DNA from: a virus
Lineage: Duplodnaviria > Caudoviricetes
Virus record (IMG/VR): IMGVR_UViG_3300037762_000087
Coordinates: 1 to 46,424 of that record
DNA length: 46,424 nt
Reading direction: 5' to 3' (one strand)
Shown: in pieces, positions 17,727 to 25,515 of the stretch
Layout of the letters: every line of letters begins with the position of its first letter
Numbering within the stretch: position 1 is the first letter of the stretch
Notes under the pieces: generated by a model
What the model saw: only the letters and a program-made list of their open reading frames with translations
The model's database searches: none
What the model was told of the DNA's origin: nothing
Made by a program: the position numbers and the translations under genes

Positions 17727-19411
17727 GCGACCCGACCTATCCGGCCTTCGTGACGCAGGAGTCGGCGCAGATCCGCGCCCGCGTGCGCGAGGTCCACGGC
17801 CGCGAGCCGACGCCATCCGAGTACGCCCATCACCACTGGCGGCGGCTCAAGGAGGGCTGGGGCCTGCAGTCGCTGCTCAGGGCCGTCGATCCGGCCGAGC
17901 CGCAGGTGCCTGAGCCCGACCGCTTTTCGATTGACGTGAACGCGCAGGACGGCTCCACGGGCCTGCTCGTGCCCGGCGCGACGGTGCGCGTCACCGGTGG
18001 CCTGAACGCAGGCGTGTCAGGCGTGACGACACCGGCCGGCTACGTGACGCTCAGGAATCTCATCGAGGGCACGCTGAACCTGTCGGTGACGGCCGATGGC
18101 TACCGGCCCGGCGGCGACATCGTGCCGCTCACGCGGGATCTGCTGGGCGCGGAGGGTGTGTTCCTGCAGCTCCAGCCCGGCACGGCCCGTCACGGACTCG
18201 TGCGGGCGAACGGCAAGTCTCTCGCCGATGACGCCGGACCGTTTCAGGCACTCGGCACCTCGTTCTTCTGGAACCTGTGGGGGTTGCGCGCGGACCGAGG
18301 CCGCACGATTCAGAACCTCGACGCCCTCGCCGCCGTCGATGCGATTCGCATCCTGTGCTGTGTAGGCGAAGACGGAGACCCCAACGAGGACACGTGGTGG
18401 GACCGAACCGTGGACCCGACGTGGCCTGATTTTCAGGCCGTGCTACGCGATGGATTCAGGCTCGTGGGCGCCCGCAACAAGCGGGTCATCGTGACGGTCT
18501 TCGGGGACGTGACGAGCCGCGTCCCGACACCGGCTGATCGTCTCGCACATCTGGACCGCGTGCTGGACGTATGCCTGGAGTTCCCCGAGCAGGTGCTGAA
18601 CATCGGCATCTCGAACGAAGGCATCGGCTTTGACGACATCGACGAGATTCTGGCGCTCACGCAGCGCGTCCGCGACCGCACGCCGTTTCTGGTGTCGTCC
18701 GTGTCGTCGCTCGACTCGCCGCCCGCAACGGTCTTCGCTGGCCGGACCGACCGGAAAGTCACCGGCGATGGCGGCATGTGGGAGCACACCGAGCAGCCCT
18801 ACGACCTGCGTGAAGCCAGCGTAGGACCTGCGAGTGACGAGGAGCCCATCGGGATTGCGTCGTCCGTGGCGAATGACGACGACTCGCTCCGGCACGCGGC
18901 GCACGCGGCGACGGCCTGGATCTGCGGGGCCCCGATCTACGTCATCCACACCGGAGCCGGAACGCGCGGCGGCGGCGATTGGGACGTGAACCCAGGGCCC
19001 GGCGCGTCCTATCCGAAGCGTGAGGCGAACTTTTTCGATCAGCCGACGTTCGCGGAGACGGTGCGGCTGTGCGCGATAGCCAGAGACTTCCTGCCAGCCG
19101 GCGTCAGCGGATGGGGCAACTGGTCGCACAGTGACCCAAGCCATGAGGGGCGCTACCCGTTCCGCACCGGGCCGCTGCAGCCGTTCGATCCGAGCGGCTG
19201 GTTCCTGAAGACCTACGCGACGCGACGCGGACAGGACTACGCGCTGGTCATCTTGAAGATCGAGCGCGACGTGCCGCTCGAAGCGCCCGCGCCGATGACG
19301 TATCGGCTCTCGGATCTGCGCGGCGGTGTACGGAGTGGACGGCTGGAGGCGGGCGAACGCCTGACCGTTACTGAGCGCGGGGCGGTCGTGGTCACAGGAC
19401 GGTTCGACTAA
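17723..19411 (+). CDS. Carboxypeptidase-regulatory-like Ig domain plus a putative GH5-like glycoside hydrolase domain
   Basis: Start at ATG 17723; D.STG..VPGATVRV..G...G.TT..GY.TL.NL..G...LSVTADGY; then ISNEG and DEEPIG motifs with an IHTG segment. Confidence 0.5.
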   Translation: MSDPTYPAFVTQESAQIRARVREVHGREPTPSEYAHHHWRRLKEGWGLQSLLRAVDPAEPQVPEPDRFSIDVNAQDGSTGLLVPGATVRVTGGLNAGVSGVTTPAGYVTLRNLIEGTLNLSVTADGYRPGGDIVPLTRDLLGAEGVFLQLQPGTARHGLVRANGKSLADDAGPFQALGTSFFWNLWGLRADRGRTIQNLDALAAVDAIRILCCVGEDGDPNEDTWWDRTVDPTWPDFQAVLRDGFRLVGARNKRVIVTVFGDVTSRVPTPADRLAHLDRVLDVCLEFPEQVLNIGISNEGIGFDDIDEILALTQRVRDRTPFLVSSVSSLDSPPATVFAGRTDRKVTGDGGMWEHTEQPYDLREASVGPASDEEPIGIASSVANDDDSLRHAAHAATAWICGAPIYVIHTGAGTRGGGDWDVNPGPGASYPKREANFFDQPTFAETVRLCAIARDFLPAGVSGWGNWSHSDPSHEGRYPFRTGPLQPFDPSGWFLKTYATRRGQDYALVILKIERDVPLEAPAPMTYRLSDLRGGVRSGRLEAGERLTVTERGAVVVTGRFD

Positions 19412-19437
19412 CGTGCCGCAAAGGAGATGTGACGTAG

Positions 19438-19758
19438 ATGTCTGACGAGTCGATGGTCTCAGAAACGAAGCCCAGCTCCGAGATTCACGCGGAGGTATTG
19501 CAGAGGGCTGGGCAACGCGAGATCAACTTGATCTGGGAGACCACGCAGATGCGGGTCGCGTTGTCCGTGATCTGGTCGGCGCTCATCGTCGGCATCGCGC
19601 TCGGCACGTTCGGCGGCTGGCTCGGGACGCCGGACATGCAGCTCGCCGCGGTCGTGTTTCTCTTTGGTGTGGCGAACCTCGTGACTGGGTTCTACTTTGG
19701 GCGCACGAATCATCAACGTAGTGGCGGCATCGGCGGCGACCGCGCCGGGCCGAGGTGA
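19438..19758 (+). CDS. Small two-TM membrane protein, holin candidate
   Basis: Two hydrophobic segments followed by GFYFGR; AAGGAG RBS; lysis region. Confidence 0.5.
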   Translation: MSDESMVSETKPSSEIHAEVLQRAGQREINLIWETTQMRVALSVIWSALIVGIALGTFGGWLGTPDMQLAAVVFLFGVANLVTGFYFGRTNHQRSGGIGGDRAGPR

Positions 19759-19809
19759 GTTCGGTAGAGAGAGAACACGTGACGTACACGACTCGGAATG
19801 GAGACTGAC

Positions 19810-20226
19810 ATGTCAATGCGGTGGTTCATCGTCATTTTGAGCGGGCTTGCGGCCCTGCTCGTCACTACGCCACTTCTCGCTGGTCAGGCTGGCGATCCGG
19901 TCGGCAACATCCTGACGCCTGGGCAGTCGAACGAGTGGGGCATGGCGTTCATCTGGGCAATTGCGAGTTCCGGGTTCCTCCAGTGGCTCAAGATGCATCC
20001 GAAGATCACGCTCATGTCCGAGGACGCGACGCGCTGGGCGAATCGGCGTGTGGCGATCCTGCTCGCGGTGTTCTCGGCCATCGGCGTGCATACCACGTTC
20101 GACGCGACGGCCGGTGTGCTCACCGTGACCGGGCTGACCTTGCCTGGCATCTGGACGGCGCTCGGTGACGCCATCCGGCAGTATGCCCTGCAACAGTTCA
20201 CCTACCGCGCCGCCATTGAGGAGTGA
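19810..20226 (+). CDS. Multi-TM membrane protein, holin-like candidate
   Basis: Several hydrophobic helices; start at ATG 19810 after GGAG (19798 and 19816 also possible). Confidence 0.5.
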   Translation: MSMRWFIVILSGLAALLVTTPLLAGQAGDPVGNILTPGQSNEWGMAFIWAIASSGFLQWLKMHPKITLMSEDATRWANRRVAILLAVFSAIGVHTTFDATAGVLTVTGLTLPGIWTALGDAIRQYALQQFTYRAAIEE

Positions 20227-20230
20227 AGTC

Positions 20231-20638
20231 ATGCATCAACCGCTGCTCGTCATGAACCGACTGGCGCTCGTCACGGCGCTCTCGCTCGTACTGATGGGGG
20301 CCTCATGCCCGCCTGCTGGTCTCGACCCCGAAACGCGCGCCGCCGCCTACGCGGAACGCATGGTGTCGCATCTGGTGGAACTCCAGAGCGCGACGATTGC
20401 AGCCAACGAACAGGGTCTCGTGACCGACCGCGATGCTGTCAACATCGTGAAGTTCACCACCTCATCCATCCGAACAGTGCAGGCGTCGCCCTACGGCTGG
20501 TTTCCGGCCGTGGATGCGGGGTTCCTCGAAGTGCAAAAGCTCGTACCTGCCGGCCAAGGGTCGTCGCTGGAAGCATCCTACGTGACGATCCGAGCCGTGC
20601 TCGAACTGATTCGGAGTGGAGGCGTCGATGCCAACTAA
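20231..20638 (+). CDS. Putative lipoprotein
   Basis: Start at ATG 20231 after GAGGAG; hydrophobic stretch ending LMGASC. Confidence 0.5.
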   Translation: MHQPLLVMNRLALVTALSLVLMGASCPPAGLDPETRAAAYAERMVSHLVELQSATIAANEQGLVTDRDAVNIVKFTTSSIRTVQASPYGWFPAVDAGFLEVQKLVPAGQGSSLEASYVTIRAVLELIRSGGVDAN

Positions 20639-20825
20639 CGCGCAGTGGTTGAACGTGCTGATGACTCACATCGTCATTCCAGAACTCGCCCGCTGGTTGC
20701 AACGGCGTGGCGCGGACGATCCCCTACCGACCAGGGACGAGTACCTCGCACGTATGAACGCCATCGCGGCGCCAGCCTTGGAGGCCGGCGACGAGTTCCT
20801 CCGTACCCATGGCGGCGAGGGGTAG
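20628..20825 (+). CDS. Hypothetical protein
   Basis: GGAGG RBS before ATG 20628. Confidence 0.5.
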   Translation: MPTNAQWLNVLMTHIVIPELARWLQRRGADDPLPTRDEYLARMNAIAAPALEAGDEFLRTHGGEG

Positions 20826-20832
20826 ACGGCCG

Positions 20833-21291
20833 ATGCTGCTGGCGTCTGTGCTGGCCGGATGGCTAGGGCCGATGACAGGTGTCAATCCGGCTCTGTCGCC
20901 AGCGGCTATCCACGCGGCCGTCGTGGCGCTCCAGCAGGCGAGTGACGGGCAGAACGAGCCGACGGTCGAGCACCGGACGGCGTCCCGTAGAGGGCTTCTG
21001 GCGGCTCGGCTGGCCGTGGGTACGCAGATGGTGACGTGCGCCACCGATTACGGCGTGACCATGTACGCGATGGGGACTGGTCGGTTCGAGGAGCAAAACC
21101 CGCTCTGGGCATGGGCCGAGCACCGGCCCGTGGCGATGGGCACGGTGAAGTTGGGCCTGTGCGCTGGCGTGTCGGCGCTGCTCCTGAAAGAACACCGGGC
21201 GCATCCGTGGCGGACGGTCGCCATCGGCAGCGTGCTGACCGGTATGAGTGTCTGGGCCACGGCGCGCAATGCGCGCGCGATTGGCCGGTAG
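20833..21291 (+). CDS. DUF5658-like membrane protein
   Basis: TD..VT...M..G.FEEQNPL, ..VKLG.., hydrophobic helices. Confidence 0.5.
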   Translation: MLLASVLAGWLGPMTGVNPALSPAAIHAAVVALQQASDGQNEPTVEHRTASRRGLLAARLAVGTQMVTCATDYGVTMYAMGTGRFEEQNPLWAWAEHRPVAMGTVKLGLCAGVSALLLKEHRAHPWRTVAIGSVLTGMSVWATARNARAIGR

Positions 21292-21383
21292 TTCGTCCGG
21301 GGTGCTGGCTCGCTGGGCCCGTCTCTCTGCTCAGGAGGCGGGGAAGGGGTCATGGCCTCGGACGGAGAGTGGAGCGTAGAGAC

Positions 21384-23945
21384 ATGGTGACGATGCGTCG
21401 CTGGCTGTTCCCGCTGGTCCTGCTCGTGTTTATTGGCGTGATGATCTGGACCATTCACCTCGCAGGCCAGGTGTCGGTCGTCGTCGAGTCCGACCGGGTG
21501 CGGATTGGCCCGACCGAGTGGGTGCCGCGCTGCGGCAGTCTTCCACAGGTGTTGATTGTCCCGGCCGGCAGCAACTGGGTTCTCCCAAACAACGCAACCT
21601 TCGACTGCATTGAGATCGAAAGCGGTGCGTCGCTGGCAATGCCGGTCACGCGGCTCGATGTCACAACGGTGCTGAATCACGGCACCTTCGATGTGGCGTG
21701 CGGCGCGGAGGTCGTGTGGAGAGACGTGCCCATCGACACGTCGCGAGATCCGTTTCAATGGGGCAACGGGCTTCTCAATTTCGGCGCACGTCGGGCGGTG
21801 TGCCCGGTGAAGACGCCCTTCGTGGAAGCGTCTGAAGACATTCCTGCCGGCGCGACGAGCCTGACGCTGGCCTCCGCTCCAGTCGGCTGGGTGGCTGGTA
21901 ACGAGCTGCTGCTACCGGACATGCGCCAGATCGGCAGCGTCTACAAAGGACCGCCACCAAGCCGCGAAGCCCCGGCGTTCATCGCCAGTATCAGCGGGAC
22001 AAGCCTCACGCTGTCGAAGCCGCTGGACTTCGCGCACCCGTCGGTGCGTGACCCGGACGGCGGCCTTGTGCTCCGGCCGCGCGTGGCGAATCTGAGCCGT
22101 GGCACGGTCATCCGCTCGGAGAACCCCAACGGCACGCGGGGCCACATCGTCGATCTCGGGGCCGATGCATCGTGGGATTGGCAAGGGGTTGAGCACCGCG
22201 ATCTCGGGCGCACGCGGAACGCGCCGAGAGACAGCACGTCAGCCGACCTCTCGCACATCGGGACGAACCAGATCGGCAAGTACGGCTGCCTGCACGCGCA
22301 CCAAGCTGGGAGCAGCTTGTTTGTGCGTCGGTTCGTGAACAACGTCTGCACGAGCGTACCGGGGTTCTCGTGGGCAATCGCAGTACATGGTACGAACGAC
22401 ACGCTAATCCAGGACAACATCAGCGTCGGCTACGACGGCGGCAGCTTTGTGACCGAGGACGGTCCAGAAACCGGGAACGTCTTCACCGGAAATGTCGGCG
22501 CGTACAGCGTTGGCAACGGGCAGAACGCGCTGGTCAACGCCCAGCAGGGATGCCCCGGTTGCGAGGGCGCGGCGTTCTGGTTGAAGGGACTGGCCAACGT
22601 CATCGAGCGCAACGAGGCGTGGAACAGCAGTATCGGCATGACTCTCTTTAGCCGGCTCACGCCGCCGGCCAACGACAATGATGTCCCCCTGTCCTTTCGC
22701 GCGAACGTGACGATCGCCAACGACATCACGGGGCTGGAGTTCTGGGGCACCGAGCCGTTCCCGGCCGAGGATCACGTCTCGGCGCATAACCGGAACCGTC
22801 AGGTCTGGGCGGCGCAGCTTGGCGGCACCCAGGTGCATCTCGTCAACCCGATGCTTATCGACTCGGCCGGCCGGTCGCATTGCGTTGAGGCGTCAGCCGC
22901 CTATGTGCAAGCGTTGGAGATCGACGGGGGTCAGGCGCGCGGGTGCCTCCAGGGTATCGGGATGGCTGGGGACAGCCTCATCGTGCGCGACGTGCTGATG
23001 CAGAACGTGACGAACCTGCACTTCACGTCGCTCGACAAGCCTCGAACAGCCAGTCTGGAGTACATCGATCACCGGCCGCTCAGGTCGAATCCGCTCCGCT
23101 ACGTCGTGTACGGCGACGGCGCGGCGTGGCAGCCGGGCCAGTCGGTCGGCAAGTTCTCGTACCTCGACTGGTATCAGCACCGCGGTGCTCGCCACCAGAT
23201 CATCGACTGGCAAGGCACCGGGCAGGATTACGTCCTGATGACGGCGCAGCAGAAGCGAAGCGCGCCAGCCTACGACACCACGACACCTGGGGCGCTCACC
23301 AACAAGTTCTTTTTGCCCGAGTCCGGTCTCACGATGGGGCAGGCGTGGGACAAGTACGGCATGTCCTTCGCGGGCGATGCGGTCAACGACCCGGAGTTCT
23401 TGTTGATCCCTGGCATCATCAACGGCGGCGTGCGGGCCGGGCTGGGCCGCGCGCTCGGCGTGCCTCGGGCCGTGCTGACGCTACCGAACATGCTGGCCCC
23501 GGCCATCGTGGAGACCATCTCCGGTCAGCCGGGAATCCAAATGTTCTTCATGCAGGCTGGGATGCCGTCCGGTGACGTGCGGTTCACGATTGACGGTGGT
23601 CCCGCGCAGACGGCCACGCAAGGCGCTGGCGGCGACCTGCTGCGATTTGTGAGTCGCGTCGTGAGCGACGGGACGCACACGGTCGTGGCGTGGCGCGAAC
23701 TGAACGGCCAGATCGTGGCAACCTCTGAGCTGTCGTTCGGTTACTTCGTGGGCACGGCTGCGCCGCCACCGCCTCCGCCACCGCCTCCTGACACGGAAAT
23801 CTGTGGCGACGGCATCGACAACGACGGGGACGGTGAGATTGACGAAGGGTTCACGCCGCCGGCCGTGAGCGTGTCGCTGCTCGATCCGTCCATTCCCACG
23901 GCGGTGGCTCTTGACGCGAATGGATGCCCGAAGGTGTTGAAGTAG
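21384..23945 (+). CDS. Secreted or anchored G8-like / parallel beta-helix protein with a poly-Pro linker and an acidic metal-binding motif
   Basis: Likely start 21384 or 21393 after GGAG; N-terminal signal/TM segment; RVANLSR..VIRSE..RGH, DLGR..IGKY..LHAH, IAVHGTN...IQDN, FVTEDG.E.GN (fibrocystin/TMEM2-like beta-helix region); PPPPPPPP then EICGDGIDNDGDGEIDE. Confidence 0.65.
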   Translation: MVTMRRWLFPLVLLVFIGVMIWTIHLAGQVSVVVESDRVRIGPTEWVPRCGSLPQVLIVPAGSNWVLPNNATFDCIEIESGASLAMPVTRLDVTTVLNHGTFDVACGAEVVWRDVPIDTSRDPFQWGNGLLNFGARRAVCPVKTPFVEASEDIPAGATSLTLASAPVGWVAGNELLLPDMRQIGSVYKGPPPSREAPAFIASISGTSLTLSKPLDFAHPSVRDPDGGLVLRPRVANLSRGTVIRSENPNGTRGHIVDLGADASWDWQGVEHRDLGRTRNAPRDSTSADLSHIGTNQIGKYGCLHAHQAGSSLFVRRFVNNVCTSVPGFSWAIAVHGTNDTLIQDNISVGYDGGSFVTEDGPETGNVFTGNVGAYSVGNGQNALVNAQQGCPGCEGAAFWLKGLANVIERNEAWNSSIGMTLFSRLTPPANDNDVPLSFRANVTIANDITGLEFWGTEPFPAEDHVSAHNRNRQVWAAQLGGTQVHLVNPMLIDSAGRSHCVEASAAYVQALEIDGGQARGCLQGIGMAGDSLIVRDVLMQNVTNLHFTSLDKPRTASLEYIDHRPLRSNPLRYVVYGDGAAWQPGQSVGKFSYLDWYQHRGARHQIIDWQGTGQDYVLMTAQQKRSAPAYDTTTPGALTNKFFLPESGLTMGQAWDKYGMSFAGDAVNDPEFLLIPGIINGGVRAGLGRALGVPRAVLTLPNMLAPAIVETISGQPGIQMFFMQAGMPSGDVRFTIDGGPAQTATQGAGGDLLRFVSRVVSDGTHTVVAWRELNGQIVATSELSFGYFVGTAAPPPPPPPPPDTEICGDGIDNDGDGEIDEGFTPPAVSVSLLDPSIPTAVALDANGCPKVLK

Positions 23946-23959
23946 ACAGGAGCACATGG

Positions 23960-24241
23960 ATGGCGACACTGCAACCACCGGAACTCCAAACGGCTCGACA
24001 GGCCTGTGCGAGCACGTTCTCAGCCGTGGCCTACACCAAGCCGCAAATCAACGCGGCGCTCCAAGCGATTGAAAACGCGATGACCACGACCACGATGCCG
24101 GCCGGTGCGGTGGGCTTGACTATCCCGGCCATCATCAGCACGGCCATCGACGCCGCGACGACTCCGTTTGTCTTCACCGGGCCGCAGAAGAAAGTCCTGT
24201 TCGCGCTCTGGGCCCGGTTGAAGTTTGAGAGGGACAAGTAA
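23960..24241 (+). CDS. Hypothetical virion-associated protein
   Basis: AGGAG RBS before ATG 23960; coupled to the next gene. Confidence 0.55.
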   Translation: MATLQPPELQTARQACASTFSAVAYTKPQINAALQAIENAMTTTTMPAGAVGLTIPAIISTAIDAATTPFVFTGPQKKVLFALWARLKFERDK

Positions 24242-24750
24242 TGGCCATTCATCGCCTCGACATCCTTGGCGCGCCGACGCTGCCCGACACCTCCGGCAAC
24301 GTCTACGCGGAACCCGCTGCGGTCAATTTCCAAGCGAATGACCGCTATCCGAATCTTGTGTTCGTCTTCGCTGACACCGCGACACGCGACACGCTCGGGT
24401 TCGCGTTCCAGGTGCCTCAGAATTACGTCGGCACGCCCAAGATCGGCCTGATCTGGGCGACGACCGCGACGGCTGGCAATGCTCAGTGGGAAGTCGATCT
24501 GACATCCGTCGCGGACGGCGAGAGCGGCGACCCGTCAGCCGACCAGGAAGCCATCACGGCGACGGTCGCCGCGCCCGGAACCGCGCGTCTCCTGAAGTTC
24601 AGCGAGTTGACGTTCACCGGCTCGACGTTCGCCGCCGGGGACTGGGTCATGGGAGTCATCGCACGCGACGGGGCTGCGGCTGGCCCGCTCGACACCATCG
24701 CTGCGAGTCTCTACCTGCTCGGGGCCTTCTTCAGCTACGCGGATGCGTAA
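24241..24750 (+). CDS. Hypothetical beta-sandwich virion protein
   Basis: F.FQVPQNY.GTP, W.V, AAGD.V..I.RD..DT pattern seen in phage fibre-associated proteins. Confidence 0.55.
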   Translation: MAIHRLDILGAPTLPDTSGNVYAEPAAVNFQANDRYPNLVFVFADTATRDTLGFAFQVPQNYVGTPKIGLIWATTATAGNAQWEVDLTSVADGESGDPSADQEAITATVAAPGTARLLKFSELTFTGSTFAAGDWVMGVIARDGAAAGPLDTIAASLYLLGAFFSYADA

Positions 24751-24754
24751 ATAG

Positions 24755-25504
24755 ATGTCGCTGCTCTTTACCGACGCCAGCACGAACAAGGTTGACTTCG
24801 GCAGTGCGGCGTCTCTTGACAACTTGGGCACCGCCACCGTGCTCATGTGGGTCTATCCCACGAGCGTGGCCAACGCACTTCGGCATGTGCTTACGAAGGC
24901 GAACGCCGGAGGCCCCAACGGATGGGCACTTTTCAAGACTGGTGCCAACGGCACTAGCTGGGCTCTCCATAGACACCGAGCGACGAACCCCCAACAGGTC
25001 ATTCTGCCTGGGGTCACAGCCAACGAGTGGCAACTTCTCGGGTGGGTGTTCAATATCCCGGCGGGCAATCCGAAAGCCTTTCGAGGCACACTCGCGTCCA
25101 TCGTGTCTGAGGTGACAAACAGCCCTGTAAATGGGGCAGGCACACAAGTTGATGATTCAGCCTCCGATCTAGACCTTGGAGCCAGAGATACCGGGAGCGA
25201 TGCCGCGCCAATGCGCGTCGGGTGGGTGGGCATCTGGAATCGAGAATTGTCGCTGGGTGAGATTCGAGATCAGCAGTTCCGACCGCATGTGACGAATGGG
25301 TGCGTGCTGTTCCAGGCGCCGGGCTACGCCGGCACCGGCACCCAACCAGACTGGTCCGGTAACGGCAACGCCGGCACCGTCACCGGGGCGACGGTGGCCC
25401 CGCACGTTCCGCTCGGTCCCTTGTTTGGCCGACGGCAGAGCTTCGAGTTCACGCTGGCGGCTGGCGGGGCCGGTAACCCGTGGTATTCCTACGCGCAGCA
25501 GTGA
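24755..25504 (+). CDS. LamG / concanavalin A-like lectin domain protein
   Basis: VDFGS, TVLMWVYP, NEWQ, L.LGAR, GWVGIWNRELS..EI, DWSGNGNAGTVTGA. Confidence 0.75.
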   Translation: MSLLFTDASTNKVDFGSAASLDNLGTATVLMWVYPTSVANALRHVLTKANAGGPNGWALFKTGANGTSWALHRHRATNPQQVILPGVTANEWQLLGWVFNIPAGNPKAFRGTLASIVSEVTNSPVNGAGTQVDDSASDLDLGARDTGSDAAPMRVGWVGIWNRELSLGEIRDQQFRPHVTNGCVLFQAPGYAGTGTQPDWSGNGNAGTVTGATVAPHVPLGPLFGRRQSFEFTLAAGGAGNPWYSYAQQ

Positions 25505-25515
25505 GGGAGTGACCG

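Noticed and set aside
21036-21383. N-terminal 116 codons of the 969-aa ORF
   Set aside because: Overlaps the DUF5658-like gene out of frame; the RBS and signal peptide point to a start at 21384 or 21393
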